Shown here: positions 31,435 to 41,506 of the stretch, piece after piece
Layout: the number at the start of each line of letters is the position of its first letter
Position numbering within the stretch: position 1 is the stretch's first letter
Source of the DNA: an uncultured Actinomycetota bacterium
GTDB lineage: Bacteria > Actinomycetota > Actinomycetes > Actinomycetales > Microbacteriaceae
Assembly: GCA_963695125.1 (NCBI GenBank)
Contig: CAVOFY010000006.1
Span: 2,978 to 66,977, forward strand
DNA length: 64,000 nt
Direction of reading: 5' to 3'
The notes under the pieces: generated by a model
What the model was told of the DNA's origin: nothing
Databases searched by the model: none
Seen by the model: only the letters and a program-made list of their open reading frames with translations
Position numbers and translations under genes: made by a program

Positions 31435-32507
31435 CGCGGGTTCCCGACGGCGTCGAGGTCGTCGCCACGCTCGCCGATGCCGCCCGGCTCGAGCGACCCC
31501 CGCTGCTGGTCTTGGACCGCCTGACACGGTTCCTCGACGATGCCGGGATCGGCACGGGGCCGCTGGAGTGGACGCGGATCGGCGACGGCCACTCCAACAT
31601 CACCTATCGCCTCGATCGCGACGGCGCCTCCGTCGTCCTCCGGCGGGGACCACGGCCGCCGTTCCCCCGCTCGGCGCACGACATGGCCCGTGAGGCGCGC
31701 ATCCAGGGCCTGCTCTCGACCGAGGGCGTCCGCGTCCCCGACATCCTGGCGCTGTGCGAGGACCCCGAGGTCCTCGGCACCCCGTTCTATCTCATGTCGT
31801 ACGTCGAGGGCTCGATCATCACCGACCGCACCCCTGCGGTCCTGGACTCTCCCGCGCAGCGCAGGGCGGCGAGCGAAGCCCTCGTGGATGCGCTGATCGA
31901 GCTGCACGCCGTCGACGTCTCGCGCGGGCCCCTCGCGGAGTTCGGCCGGGCCGACGGCTATCTCGAGCGTCAGGTCCGCCGATTCGGCGAACTGTGGCCT
32001 GTCTACGCGACCCGCGACCTTCCGCTCGCCGAACGGATCGGGACGTGGCTCGCGGCCAATCTGCCCGAGACCCGGCGCGCGAGCGTCGTGCACGGCGACT
32101 ACCGCTTCGGCAACGTGATGTTCGCGGCCGACGCGCCCGCGCGCGTCGTCGCGATCCTCGATTGGGAGATGGCGACGCTCGGCGATCCGCTCGCCGACCT
32201 CGGCTATCTGCTCGCGTGCTATTCGGAGGCGGGAACGGCCCCGACGGCCCTCGACCTGTCGCCCGTGACGGTGCAGGACGGCTACCTGAACCGCGCCGAG
32301 ATCATCGAGCGGTATGCCGCACGGCATCCCGTCGACGCGTCCGAGCTCGCGTGGTACCAGGTGCTGGCGCTGTGGAAGGCCGGCGCCTTCCTCGAGGCGA
32401 TCTACGCACGCTGGCTGCGCGGCGAGCGTCCCGACGACCACTACGGTCCCACCCTCGAGACGGGTGTGCCGCAGATGCTGCAGACAGCATGGGAGATGAC
32501 CTCATGA
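31431..32507 (+). CDS. APH-family phosphotransferase (ACAD10/11 N-domain, LvaA-like)
   Basis: GHSNITY, SAHDMARE, VHGDYRFGN, LDWEMATLGDPLADL. Confidence 0.9.
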   Translation: MTRVPDGVEVVATLADAARLERPPLLVLDRLTRFLDDAGIGTGPLEWTRIGDGHSNITYRLDRDGASVVLRRGPRPPFPRSAHDMAREARIQGLLSTEGVRVPDILALCEDPEVLGTPFYLMSYVEGSIITDRTPAVLDSPAQRRAASEALVDALIELHAVDVSRGPLAEFGRADGYLERQVRRFGELWPVYATRDLPLAERIGTWLAANLPETRRASVVHGDYRFGNVMFAADAPARVVAILDWEMATLGDPLADLGYLLACYSEAGTAPTALDLSPVTVQDGYLNRAEIIERYAARHPVDASELAWYQVLALWKAGAFLEAIYARWLRGERPDDHYGPTLETGVPQMLQTAWEMTS

Positions 32508-33268
32508 ACGCCAGACTCGACGGACAGGTCGCACTCGTGACGGGCGGCAGTCGCGGCATCGGACTCGGGATCGCCCAGCGACTCGTCGCCGACGGCGCGA
32601 AAGTCGCTCTGACCGCGCGAGGCGCAGACGCACTCGACGCGGCGGTGTCGGCGCTGCCGGCCGGCAGCGCGATCGGCATCGCGGGCAAGGCCGATCAGCC
32701 GGATCACCGAGCCGAGGCGATGGACCGCATCGCGGCCGAGTGGGGGCGCCTCGACATCCTGGTCGCGAACGCCGGGATCAACCCCGTCTACGGGCCGCTC
32801 ATGGGCCTCGACCTCGACGCCGCGCGCAAGGTGACCGAAGTGAACGTCCTGAGCACCCTCGGGTGGATCCAGGATGCGTACCGCCACCCCGGGCTCTCGT
32901 TCGCGCAGGGACCGTCGTCGGTCGTGATCCTCTCGTCGGTGACGGGGATCACGCCGTCCGAGGGCATCGGCTGGTACGGAGTCTCGAAGGCCGCGAACGC
33001 ACACCTCGCGCGTACCCTCGCGGTCGAACTCGCTCCTGCGATCCGCGTCAACGCCGTGGCGCCCGCCGTCGTGAAGACGCAGTTCGCCGCCGCGCTCTAC
33101 GAGGGCAAGGAGGCCGAGGTCGCGGCGGAGTACCCCATGGCGCGTCTGGGCACGCCTGCCGACATCGCCGGGGCGGTGTCCTTCCTGGTCTCGGCGGATG
33201 CGTCGTGGGTCACGGGTCAGGTGCTCACCCTCGATGGCGGCCTGCTCGTCGGGGGCGGCACCGCCTGA
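32504..33268 (+). CDS. SDR oxidoreductase
   Basis: TGGSRGIG, NAGINP, YGVSK, VTGQVLTLDGG. Confidence 0.92.
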   Translation: MNARLDGQVALVTGGSRGIGLGIAQRLVADGAKVALTARGADALDAAVSALPAGSAIGIAGKADQPDHRAEAMDRIAAEWGRLDILVANAGINPVYGPLMGLDLDAARKVTEVNVLSTLGWIQDAYRHPGLSFAQGPSSVVILSSVTGITPSEGIGWYGVSKAANAHLARTLAVELAPAIRVNAVAPAVVKTQFAAALYEGKEAEVAAEYPMARLGTPADIAGAVSFLVSADASWVTGQVLTLDGGLLVGGGTA

Positions 33269-33353
33269 GCGGGATACCACCCTGGCCCGGAAACTCAGTT
33301 CCAGGTATCATGAACCTCAGTATCAACCCCTTCTGTGCTGAGCGAGGTTCCCC

Positions 33354-35081
33354 GTGGCCACCGAGTCCGACTACAAGGCCCCCGTCGACGACTACGCGTT
33401 CCTCTTCGGAGAGGCGTTCGGCACCGACATGATCGCCCGCGCGACCGAGGGCGAGATGACCAGCCAGGACGGCGCCGAGGTCGTCGCCGCGGCGGGCGAG
33501 TTCGCCGCCACGGTGCTGGCTCCCCTCGCGAGCATCGGCGATACCGAGGGCGCGCAGCTCGTGGACGGCGATGTGCGACTGCCGGCGGGCTTCGCCGAGG
33601 CATACCAGGCGTTCGTCGAGAGCGGATGGGTCACGGCCGAGGCGCCGGTCTCGGCGGGCGGAGACGGTCTTCCCGGTGCGATCCGCGCCGGACTCGGCGA
33701 GATCTGGAACGCCTCGAACGCCGCCTTCGCGCTGTGCTGGCTGCTGACGTCGGGACAGATCCACGCGCTGGACGCGACAGCATCGGACGAGCTGCGCGAG
33801 ACCTTCCTCACGAAGCTCGTCTCGGGCGAGTGGACCGGCACGATGAACCTCACCGAGCCCGCCGCGGGCACCGACCTCGGCGCGATCCGGACGATCGCGA
33901 CGCCGCGCGAGGACGGCACGTGGGCGATCAGCGGGCAGAAGATCTTCATCACGTGGGGCGACCACGACGTCGCTGAGAACATCGTCCACCTCGTCCTCGC
34001 GCGGACCCCCGACGCTCCCGCCGGCGCAAAGGGGCTCTCGCTGTTCGTCGTGCCCAAGACGCTCGTCAACGCCGACGGCACCCTCGGCGAGCGCAACGGC
34101 GTCACCACGATCGCGATCGAGCACAAGCTCGGCATCCACGGCAGCCCGACGTGCGTGCTGGCGTACGAGGATGCGACGGGCTACCTCGCGGGCGAGCTGC
34201 ACGGGGGCCTGGCCGGCATGTTCGTCATGATGAACTCGGCACGCGCCGGGATGGGCTTCCAGGCGACCGGCATCGCCGATCGCGCGCTGCAGCAGGCGAC
34301 CTCGTACGCCGCGCAGCGGATCCAGGGCGGCGTGCTCGAGCGCGCCGAAGGAGCGCCGATCGCCGAGCACCCCGACGTGCGACGCCTGCTGCTGTCGATG
34401 TCGAGCAAGGTCTTCGCGATGCGCGCCCTGGCCGTCTACACCGCCGATCTGCTCGATCGCGCCGAGGACGACGAGACGCTCGCCCCGCTCGCGGAGTTCT
34501 TCGTGCCGATCCTCAAGGGGTGGACGACCGAGGATGCCCTCCAGGTCACGAGCGAGGCCATCCAGGTGCACGGCGGCATGGGCTTCATCGAGGAGACGGG
34601 CGTCGCGCGGCACTACCGCGATGCGCGCATCATGCCGATCTACGAGGGCACGACCGCGATCCAGTCCAACGACCTCGTGGGCCGCAAGGTGCTGCGCAAC
34701 GGCGGGGCGACGGTCGAGCAGCTGCTCGCCCAGATCGTCGGGACGACCGTCGCCCTCCGCGAGCACGCCGACCCTGTCGCGGTCCGCACTGCCGACCGGC
34801 TCGACCGCGCCGTCGACGCGACGCGGCGCGCGACCGCCGACCTGCTCGGCTTCGCGGGCTCTCCGCGCGATGCGTACGCCGTCAGCGTGCCGTACCTCAT
34901 GCTCCTCGGGACGCTCTCGGGTGGATGGATGCACGCACTCTCGGTGCAGGCGGTCCTGGCCCACGGCGAGCGTTCGACGCGGGATGCCGAGCGGCTCACG
35001 AACGCCGACTTCTACGGTGCGCACCACCTGCCGCGCGTCGCGTCCCTCGCCGACGCCGTCAGCGGCGGCGAGATCGCCTGA
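33354..35081 (+). CDS. Long-form acyl-CoA dehydrogenase (FadE5/DmdC-like)
   Basis: WTGTMNLTEP.AGTDLG, KIFITWG, EHKLGIHGSPTC, PIYEGTTAIQ. Confidence 0.92.
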   Translation: MATESDYKAPVDDYAFLFGEAFGTDMIARATEGEMTSQDGAEVVAAAGEFAATVLAPLASIGDTEGAQLVDGDVRLPAGFAEAYQAFVESGWVTAEAPVSAGGDGLPGAIRAGLGEIWNASNAAFALCWLLTSGQIHALDATASDELRETFLTKLVSGEWTGTMNLTEPAAGTDLGAIRTIATPREDGTWAISGQKIFITWGDHDVAENIVHLVLARTPDAPAGAKGLSLFVVPKTLVNADGTLGERNGVTTIAIEHKLGIHGSPTCVLAYEDATGYLAGELHGGLAGMFVMMNSARAGMGFQATGIADRALQQATSYAAQRIQGGVLERAEGAPIAEHPDVRRLLLSMSSKVFAMRALAVYTADLLDRAEDDETLAPLAEFFVPILKGWTTEDALQVTSEAIQVHGGMGFIEETGVARHYRDARIMPIYEGTTAIQSNDLVGRKVLRNGGATVEQLLAQIVGTTVALREHADPVAVRTADRLDRAVDATRRATADLLGFAGSPRDAYAVSVPYLMLLGTLSGGWMHALSVQAVLAHGERSTRDAERLTNADFYGAHHLPRVASLADAVSGGEIA

Positions 35082-35099
35082 TCGCCCTCGCGACGGGGG

Positions 35100-35390
35100 T
35101 CAGCGGACCTGCGAGGTCGCGCGGGACTCGCTGAACCGGCTCGAGTATCGCTCGAACCGCTCGACCTCATCGACGAGCTCACGCGCGCGCAGCGCGAACT
35201 CGAGCGCGTCTCCCGTCGGCCTGATCGATCGACCCTGCGGCTCGAAGAAGCGGACGCCGAGCCGACGCTGAAGCCACGCGATCTGGCGCGACACGGCGGC
35301 CGGCGAGTAGCCTCGCTCGCGCGCGGCACCGACGACGGAGCCGCTGTCGATGACGGCGATGAAGGACTTCAGGACGCTCAGATCGACCAT
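35100..35390 (-). CDS. LysR HTH-only protein (96 aa)
   Basis: LSVLKSFIAVIDSGSVVGAARERGYSPAAVSRQI..L...LGVRFF; no effector domain. Confidence 0.72.
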   Translation of the reverse strand: MVDLSVLKSFIAVIDSGSVVGAARERGYSPAAVSRQIAWLQRRLGVRFFEPQGRSIRPTGDALEFALRARELVDEVERFERYSSRFSESRATSQVR

Positions 35391-35403
35391 GGCCTGACTG
35401 CAT

Positions 35404-36291
35404 TCATGAGTTGTCACTTCCTGTCGTGCGACGAGTGCCCGCGCTCCGCTGATCCGCGAGGTACCCCAGATGGACGGCGACGCTCGCCTCGGCTGCGACG
35501 CGGACCTTCGGCGCGAGCTCACCGTAGACGAGGTCCGTGATCGTCTCGACCGTCACGGGGCGAGGCGATGTCTCGAGCTGAGCGACGGCTCTCTCGATCT
35601 CGCCGAGCCGTCGCTCGCGGTGCGCGGTGTACGCCGCCGCGACGACCGCGAGGTTGTCGAGCATGGGGCCATGGCCGGGCAGCACGGGACCCGATCCGAG
35701 GGCTTCGAGGCGCCGCAGCGTCTCGAGATAGTCGACGAGTCTGCCACCACCTGCCCCGTCGAGCACCGTCGTGCCGCGACCGAGGATCGTGTCGCCCGTC
35801 AGCACGCTTCGCGCGGGCATCCCGTCCTCGAGTCTGCGGTCGTGACGAAGTTCGAAGCACACCGAGTCGGCGGTATGGCCGGGCATGTGCAGGACCCGGA
35901 TGCTCGTTCCTCCCGCGATGATCTCCTCGCCGTCGCGGAGCGGTTCGGCGAACCGGCAGTGCGCGGGATCGGCGGCGCGCACCGGTGCACCGGCAACTGC
36001 CGAGAGGCGCGCGGCCGCACCGCTGTGATCAGCGTGGTGATGGGTCAGCAGGATCAGCTCGACGCGTCCCTGCGCCATGATGCGGCGCATGTGCGCTGCG
36101 GCCGACGGGCCGGGATCGACCACGACGATGCCGTGCGAGTCGGGGTTGCGGATGACGTAGGTGTTCGTCCCCTCGAGCGTCATCGGACCCGGATTCGGCG
36201 CGAGCACGCGGGTCGCGAGCATCGTCCAGGGTGCGACCGCCGCGGCATCCTCGCCCGCGTCGGCCTCGGTCGGCGAATCGTCGGCGATCAT
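35404..36291 (-). CDS. MBL-fold metallo-hydrolase (LACTB2-like)
   Basis: [34 protein letters not shown]. Confidence 0.9.
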   Translation of the reverse strand: MIADDSPTEADAGEDAAAVAPWTMLATRVLAPNPGPMTLEGTNTYVIRNPDSHGIVVVDPGPSAAAHMRRIMAQGRVELILLTHHHADHSGAAARLSAVAGAPVRAADPAHCRFAEPLRDGEEIIAGGTSIRVLHMPGHTADSVCFELRHDRRLEDGMPARSVLTGDTILGRGTTVLDGAGGGRLVDYLETLRRLEALGSGPVLPGHGPMLDNLAVVAAAYTAHRERRLGEIERAVAQLETSPRPVTVETITDLVYGELAPKVRVAAEASVAVHLGYLADQRSAGTRRTTGSDNS

Positions 36292-37064
36292 CTGTTCTGG
36301 AACTCCGGAGGGCGCTTCTCACGGAAGGCGGCCATGCCCTCCTTCTGATCGGCGGTATCGAAGAGCGAGGCGAAGACGTGCCGCTCGAATCGCAGGCCCT
36401 CGGCGAGGGATGTCTCCATCGCGGCATCCAGCGCAGCCTTCGCGGCATAGACGGACGGGAGCGACTTCGCCGCGACCGCCTGGGCGATGGACGCAGCCGT
36501 CTCCAGCAGCTCCTCCGCCGGCACGACGCGCGAGACGAGGCCCGCGCGCTCGGCTTCGACGGCATCCATCAGCCGCCCCGTCAGCACGAGGTCGGCCGCC
36601 TTGTAGTAGCCGACGGCGCGAAGGAGGCGCTGGGACCCTCCCATACCGGGGATGATGCCGAGCGTGATCTCGGGCTGGCCGAACTTGGCGGTGTCGGCGG
36701 CCACGATGATGTCGCACATCATGGCCAGCTCGCACCCGCCCCCGAGCGCGTAGCCCGCTACAGCGGCGATGACGGGCGTGCGCACCGCGGCGAACTCGGT
36801 CCAGCCGTCGAATGATCCCGACATCAGGACCTCAGTCCCCGTCATGTCGCCGAGCTCGCCGACATCGGCCCCTGCGGCGAAGGCCCTGGGCGATCCGGTG
36901 AGCACGATGGCGCCGATGGCGGGATCGGCGTCGAACTGCTTGGCAGCCGCGACGATCTCGCGGCTGATGACGTCGTTCAGAGCGTTGAGGACGTCCGGCC
37001 GATCGAGGGTGATCCAGGCGACGCGACCTCGGACCTCGGTGAGGATCGCCTCGTAAGCGGTCAT
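36288..37064 (-). CDS. Enoyl-CoA hydratase (crotonase family)
   Basis: [38 protein letters not shown]. Confidence 0.93.
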   Translation of the reverse strand: MTAYEAILTEVRGRVAWITLDRPDVLNALNDVISREIVAAAKQFDADPAIGAIVLTGSPRAFAAGADVGELGDMTGTEVLMSGSFDGWTEFAAVRTPVIAAVAGYALGGGCELAMMCDIIVAADTAKFGQPEITLGIIPGMGGSQRLLRAVGYYKAADLVLTGRLMDAVEAERAGLVSRVVPAEELLETAASIAQAVAAKSLPSVYAAKAALDAAMETSLAEGLRFERHVFASLFDTADQKEGMAAFREKRPPEFQNR

Positions 37065-37185
37065 TCCCTTGGTCCTCTCGTGCGTGGCCCTGGCACGGAT
37101 ACCGGCTCCTCGCCCTGCGGAGAGGACCCGGATCGCATCATCGCGAATTTTACCGGTCGCGCCGGCGCCCCTCATGCTAGCATAG

Positions 37186-37199
37186 AGCAAGCGCTTGAT
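37186..37199. promoter_or_regulatory. KstR2-type operator 1
   Basis: AGCAAGCGCTTGAT directly after an extended -10 (TGcTAGCAT, 37175-37183) upstream of the BVMO. Confidence 0.8.
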
Positions 37200-37212
37200 T
37201 TATGGAGGAATC

Positions 37213-38934
37213 GTGAGCTCTTCAAGGGATGTCACCGGGTCCGCATTCGGCAGTGGTGCCGTGGCGCAAGAGGGCGGCCAGGCCGCTTCGCTCCCCGGGT
37301 TCGTCGAGTACCTGATCGTCGGCGCAGGCGTCTGCGGGCTGTGCCAGCTCCAGCGGCTCCTCGACCTCGACGCGGACGCCGACGTGCTCCTCGTCGACGC
37401 GAACGAGGACCTCGGAGGCACGTGGTTCAAGAACCGCTACCCCGGATGCCGGTTCGACTCCGAGTCGTACACGTACCAGTACTCGTTCTCACCCGAACTG
37501 CTGCAGGAGTGGGACTGGTCGGAGCGATTCGCGGCCCAGCCCGAGACGCTGTCGTACCTCAACTACTTCGCCGACAAGTTCGACCTGCGTCCGCACATCC
37601 GCTACAACCTGGCCGTGAGCTCACTCGAGTGGTCGGAGGAGAGCCTCCTGTGGAACGTCACGTTCCGCGACGGCCGCACGCTGCGGGCTCGCTATGTGCT
37701 CTCGGCGATCGGCATCCTCTCGGCGCCGACCTATCCCCGCATCCCGGGCATGGACACCTTCGCCGGCACGGCCGTCCACACGTTCGACTGGCCCGATGAC
37801 CTCGACGTCACGGGCAAGCGCGTCGCCGTCATCGGCACCGGCGCGAGCGGTGTGCAGGTCATCACCGCGATCGCGTCGGAAGTCGAACAGCTGTACGTCC
37901 TGCAGCGCGGCGCCAACTGGGGCGCCCCGCTGGGCAACGGCCCCATCTCGCCCGAGGAGATGGCGGACCTCCGCTCGCGCTACGACGAGATCTTCCAGTG
38001 GTGCAGCGAGACCCCGGCCGGCTTCATCCACCGCCCCGATCGCGTGCTCAGCACCGACGTCTCGCGAGAAGAGCGCATCGCGCACTGGCACGAGCTCTAC
38101 AACGGCTCCGGCGCCGGCATGTACATGGGCAACTACCGCGACACCATGATGGAGCCCGGGCCCAACGCCGAGCTCACGGAGTTCATCGCGGAGCGCATCC
38201 GCGAGCGCGTCGCAGACCCGCGCATCGCCGACATCCTGATCCCCAAGGACCACGGCTTCGGCACGAAGCGCGTCGCGGGCGAGTCGGGCTACTACGAGGT
38301 CTTCAACCGCGACAACGTCGAGCTCGTCGACCTCAAGACGACGCCCGTCACCGAGATCACGCCCGAGGGCATCCGGTTCGGCGACGACTCGACGCAACCC
38401 GCGATCGACGTCGACATCATCGTCTACGCGACCGGGTTCGACGCCGTCACCGGCCCCTTCGACCGCATCGAGATCATCGGCGTCGACGGCATCCGTCTTC
38501 GCGACAAGTGGCGCGACGGCCCCGTCACGTGTCTCGGCGTCCAGGTTGCGGGCTTCCCCAACCTGTTCATCCTCGCCGGCCCGCAGTCCGGATCGGCCTC
38601 TGCGAACTTCCCGCGCGGCATCGAAGACGTCGTCAACTGGATGACAGGGCTGATCCAGGTCATCGACGAGCGCGGACTCGTCCGCATCGAGGCGCGCCCC
38701 GAGGCCGAGGCGGAGTGGACCGCGCACGTGCACGAGGTGAACGCCCGGCTGCTCATGTCCAAGACGAAGTCGTGGTTCAACGGACACAACAAGAACCTCG
38801 ACCGCGACGAGCGTCCGCGGGCCATGGTCTACCTCGGTGGCGGCCCCAAGTACCGCCGCCGGCTCGCCGAAGAGAGCGCGAACGGCTACCAGAGCTTCAC
38901 GCTGCAGGAGGCTTCCGTCCCCGCGACCCGGTGA
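37213..38934 (+). CDS. Type I Baeyer-Villiger monooxygenase
   Basis: GGTWFKNRYPGCRFD; fingerprint FAGTAVHTFDWP; two GxGxxG motifs; ATGFD; RBS GGAGG before GTG. Confidence 0.92.
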   Translation: MSSSRDVTGSAFGSGAVAQEGGQAASLPGFVEYLIVGAGVCGLCQLQRLLDLDADADVLLVDANEDLGGTWFKNRYPGCRFDSESYTYQYSFSPELLQEWDWSERFAAQPETLSYLNYFADKFDLRPHIRYNLAVSSLEWSEESLLWNVTFRDGRTLRARYVLSAIGILSAPTYPRIPGMDTFAGTAVHTFDWPDDLDVTGKRVAVIGTGASGVQVITAIASEVEQLYVLQRGANWGAPLGNGPISPEEMADLRSRYDEIFQWCSETPAGFIHRPDRVLSTDVSREERIAHWHELYNGSGAGMYMGNYRDTMMEPGPNAELTEFIAERIRERVADPRIADILIPKDHGFGTKRVAGESGYYEVFNRDNVELVDLKTTPVTEITPEGIRFGDDSTQPAIDVDIIVYATGFDAVTGPFDRIEIIGVDGIRLRDKWRDGPVTCLGVQVAGFPNLFILAGPQSGSASANFPRGIEDVVNWMTGLIQVIDERGLVRIEARPEAEAEWTAHVHEVNARLLMSKTKSWFNGHNKNLDRDERPRAMVYLGGGPKYRRRLAEESANGYQSFTLQEASVPATR

Positions 38935-39014
38935 CGGAGGCTGCTCGCCGGCGAGCTTGGCGCCCTGTCGCACCGTGACGGAGGCCGCTAGCCGGCGAGC
39001 TGCGCGCCCTGCTG
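38931..39014. repeat. Imperfect tandem duplication (44-bp period) at the convergent BVMO / CoA-transferase ends
   Basis: GTGACGGAGGCTGCTCGCCGGCGAGCT at 38931 versus GTGACGGAGGCCGCTAGCCGGCGAGCT at 38975. Confidence 0.75.
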
Positions 39015-40247
39015 CTCGAGGCTGTCGCGGTGCTCGGGCGCAGCGACAGCGATGAGGTTCTCGCGGCGCTCGCGGTGCGTGCGTCCGCGAAGCCACGCGA
39101 CGCCGTGCTCGGTCACGATCGCGTCGACGCTGTGGTGCGCAGCCGAGACGAGGTCGGCGCCGCCGTGCGTCGCCACGATCGTGGACTGACCCTTCGCGGT
39201 CGTCGAGGCGAGCGCGATGATACGCAGGCCTCCGTCTGACAGGTGCGCGCCCTCGGCGAAGTCGGCACTGCCGCCGACGCCCGAGATGACGCGGCCCTTC
39301 ACCGTCTCAGCGGCGACCTGGCCCTGCAGATCGACCGCGACGGCGGAGTTCACCGAGACGAACGAGGGCACCGCGGCGATCGCGAGCGGGTGGTGGATTC
39401 GCTGCGAATCGGCCATTTCGATCGCGGGGTTCTCGTCGGCCCATGCCATGAGCTTGGGCGAGCCCAGGAGCTCGACCGCTTGGACGGGGTGCCCACCCGT
39501 CGCGGCGATGGCTTCGACGAGCGGGATCATCGGCTCCGAGAGCATGCCGTGGAGGCGCAGCGACTTCGCCTGACCGATCTGCGAGAGCGCGGCCGACACC
39601 GCGTCACCGATCGCGCCGATGCCGAGCTGGACGGTCGAGCCGTCCGGGACGAGCTCGCCGACCCGGCGCGCGACCTCGGCTGACGCGGGACCAGGGGCGC
39701 TCGGCTCGTAAACGGCCATGGGCGTGTCGGATGCCACGAAACGGTCGATCTCGGAGACGTGGATACGGCTGTCGCCCACCGTGCGAGGGACGTCGTCCGC
39801 GACTTCGGCGATGACGAGGCGCGCGAGGCGGACGGCGTCGCGCGCGTAACTGGTCGACGGACCCAGGCTGCAGTAGCCGTCGGCATCAGGAGGACCGACG
39901 CGGATGAGAGCGACGTCGGATTCGGTGAGGACGAGGCGAGGGACGTCGACCAGCCGGAGGGGCAGGTAGTCGACGAGCCCCTCGCGGTGCAGGGCGCGGA
40001 TCTCGCCGTGCACGTGCCAGCTGCGGATTCGCACCGAGCCCTCGAGCGCCGCTTCGCGCAGGCCCGGCTCCCCCAGCGTGATGCCGAGCGTCAGCGTCAC
40101 GGGCCCGGCGGCGCGCGGCCGCCGACCGAGCTCGCGCAGGAGCGTGAGCGGCGTGCCGCATGCGTTCCCTGCGACGATCCGCGCGGCGGGGGGCAGATCG
40201 GCGAGCGCGGCTTCAGCGGACGTGATGGTGGAGTACGAACCCTTCAT
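38988..40247 (-). CDS. Acetyl-CoA hydrolase/transferase family (4-hydroxybutyrate CoA-transferase-like)
   Basis: TVQLGIGAI, MLSE, SVNSAVAVDLQGQ, SGVGGSADF, VTEHGVAWLRG. Confidence 0.88.
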   Translation of the reverse strand: MKGSYSTITSAEAALADLPPAARIVAGNACGTPLTLLRELGRRPRAAGPVTLTLGITLGEPGLREAALEGSVRIRSWHVHGEIRALHREGLVDYLPLRLVDVPRLVLTESDVALIRVGPPDADGYCSLGPSTSYARDAVRLARLVIAEVADDVPRTVGDSRIHVSEIDRFVASDTPMAVYEPSAPGPASAEVARRVGELVPDGSTVQLGIGAIGDAVSAALSQIGQAKSLRLHGMLSEPMIPLVEAIAATGGHPVQAVELLGSPKLMAWADENPAIEMADSQRIHHPLAIAAVPSFVSVNSAVAVDLQGQVAAETVKGRVISGVGGSADFAEGAHLSDGGLRIIALASTTAKGQSTIVATHGGADLVSAAHHSVDAIVTEHGVAWLRGRTHRERRENLIAVAAPEHRDSLEQQGAQLAG

Positions 40248-40248
40248 G

Positions 40249-40320
40249 TATCCGCATGTTAGCGGCTTGACGCTGTCCAGCAAGCGCTTGATAGACTTAC
40301 GCCACGTTTAATATCCGCAT
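40249..40320. promoter_or_regulatory. Two TATCCGCAT boxes flanking operator 2 (candidate FadR/GntR sites)
   Basis: TATCCGCAT at 40249 and 40312, 63 bp apart. Confidence 0.5.
40279..40292. promoter_or_regulatory. KstR2-type operator 2
   Basis: AGCAAGCGCTTGAT between TTGACG (40267) and TAGACT (40292) in a divergent gap. Confidence 0.8.
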
Positions 40321-40332
40321 ATTCGATCGGAA

Positions 40333-41505
40333 GTGGACATGGACTTCGAGGAGCCCGAACACCTGCGCGACATCCGCATGGCTGTCCGCGACATCTGCGA
40401 TGGCTTCGGGGCGGAGTACTGGCGTCGCTGCGACTCGCAGCACGAGTTCCCCTGGGAGTTCTACGACGCGATGGCCAAGGCCGGCTGGGTCGGCGTCTCG
40501 ATCCCCGAGGAGTACGGCGGAGGCGGTGGCGGGATCACCGAGGCATCCATCGTCCTGCAGGAGGTCGCCGCATCCGGCGCCGCGATGAACGGCGCGAGCG
40601 CCCTCCACATCTCGATCTTCGGCATGAACCCGGTCGCCAAGCACGGCTCCGCGGCACTCAAAGAGGCATACCTTCCGCGGGTCGCGTCGGGCGAACTGCA
40701 CATCGCCTTCGGCGTCACCGAACCCGATGCCGGCACCGACACACCCTCCATCTCGACGCGCGCCGTCCGCGACGGCGACGAGTACGTCGTGCACGGCCAG
40801 AAGGTGTGGATCACGAAGGCGCACATCGCCGAGAAGGTCCTTCTCCTGACCCGCACGACCCCGCTCGACCAGGTCGAGAAGCGCACGCACGGGATGTCGC
40901 TCCTGCTCGCCGACCTCAAGGCCCCCGGCGTGGACATCAAGCTGATCGACAAGATCGGGCGCAACGCCGTCGGCTCGTGCGAGATCCGCTTCGACGGGCT
41001 GCGCGTCTCGGCCGACGACCTCGTGGGCGAGGAGGGCCGAGGCTTCTCCTACCTTCTGGACGGCCTCAACCCCGAGCGCATCCTCATCGCCGGCGAGGCG
41101 ATCGGCATCGGCCGGGCGGCCCTCAAACGCGCGACCGAGTACGCCCGCGAGCGCGTCGTCTTCGGCCGGCCGATCGGCAAGAACCAGGGCATCTCGTTCC
41201 CGCTCGCCGAAGCGCACATGCGCCTGTCGGCCGCCGAGCTCGCCGTGCGCGAAGCCTCGTGGCGCTATGACAACGGGCTCCCCTGCGGCGAACAGGCCAA
41301 CGCCGCCAAGTTCCTCGCATCCGATGCCGCGTTCTTCGCCGCCGACACGGCGATGCAGACGCTCGGCGGATACGCCTACGCCGACGAGTACGACGTGGGC
41401 CGCTACTGGGTGGAGTCGCGCCTGATGAAGAGCGCGCCCGTGCCGCAGCAGATGGTGCTCAACTACATCGCCGAGCACGTGCTCTCCCTCCCCCGCTCGT
41501 ACTGA
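40333..41505 (+). CDS. Acyl-CoA dehydrogenase
   Basis: FGVTEPDAGTD, GQKVWIT, LNPERIL, VFGRPIG, MQTLGGY. Confidence 0.93.
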   Translation: MDMDFEEPEHLRDIRMAVRDICDGFGAEYWRRCDSQHEFPWEFYDAMAKAGWVGVSIPEEYGGGGGGITEASIVLQEVAASGAAMNGASALHISIFGMNPVAKHGSAALKEAYLPRVASGELHIAFGVTEPDAGTDTPSISTRAVRDGDEYVVHGQKVWITKAHIAEKVLLLTRTTPLDQVEKRTHGMSLLLADLKAPGVDIKLIDKIGRNAVGSCEIRFDGLRVSADDLVGEEGRGFSYLLDGLNPERILIAGEAIGIGRAALKRATEYARERVVFGRPIGKNQGISFPLAEAHMRLSAAELAVREASWRYDNGLPCGEQANAAKFLASDAAFFAADTAMQTLGGYAYADEYDVGRYWVESRLMKSAPVPQQMVLNYIAEHVLSLPRSY

Positions 41506-41506
41506 C

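Noticed and set aside
31431-32507. Aminoglycoside resistance kinase
   Set aside because: Motifs (SAHDMARE, GDPLADL) and coupling to an ACAD and SDR indicate the ACAD10/11-type metabolic kinase.
35404-36291. Metallo-beta-lactamase resistance gene
   Set aside because: No signal peptide; the [13 protein letters not shown] motif marks the LACTB2-like clade.
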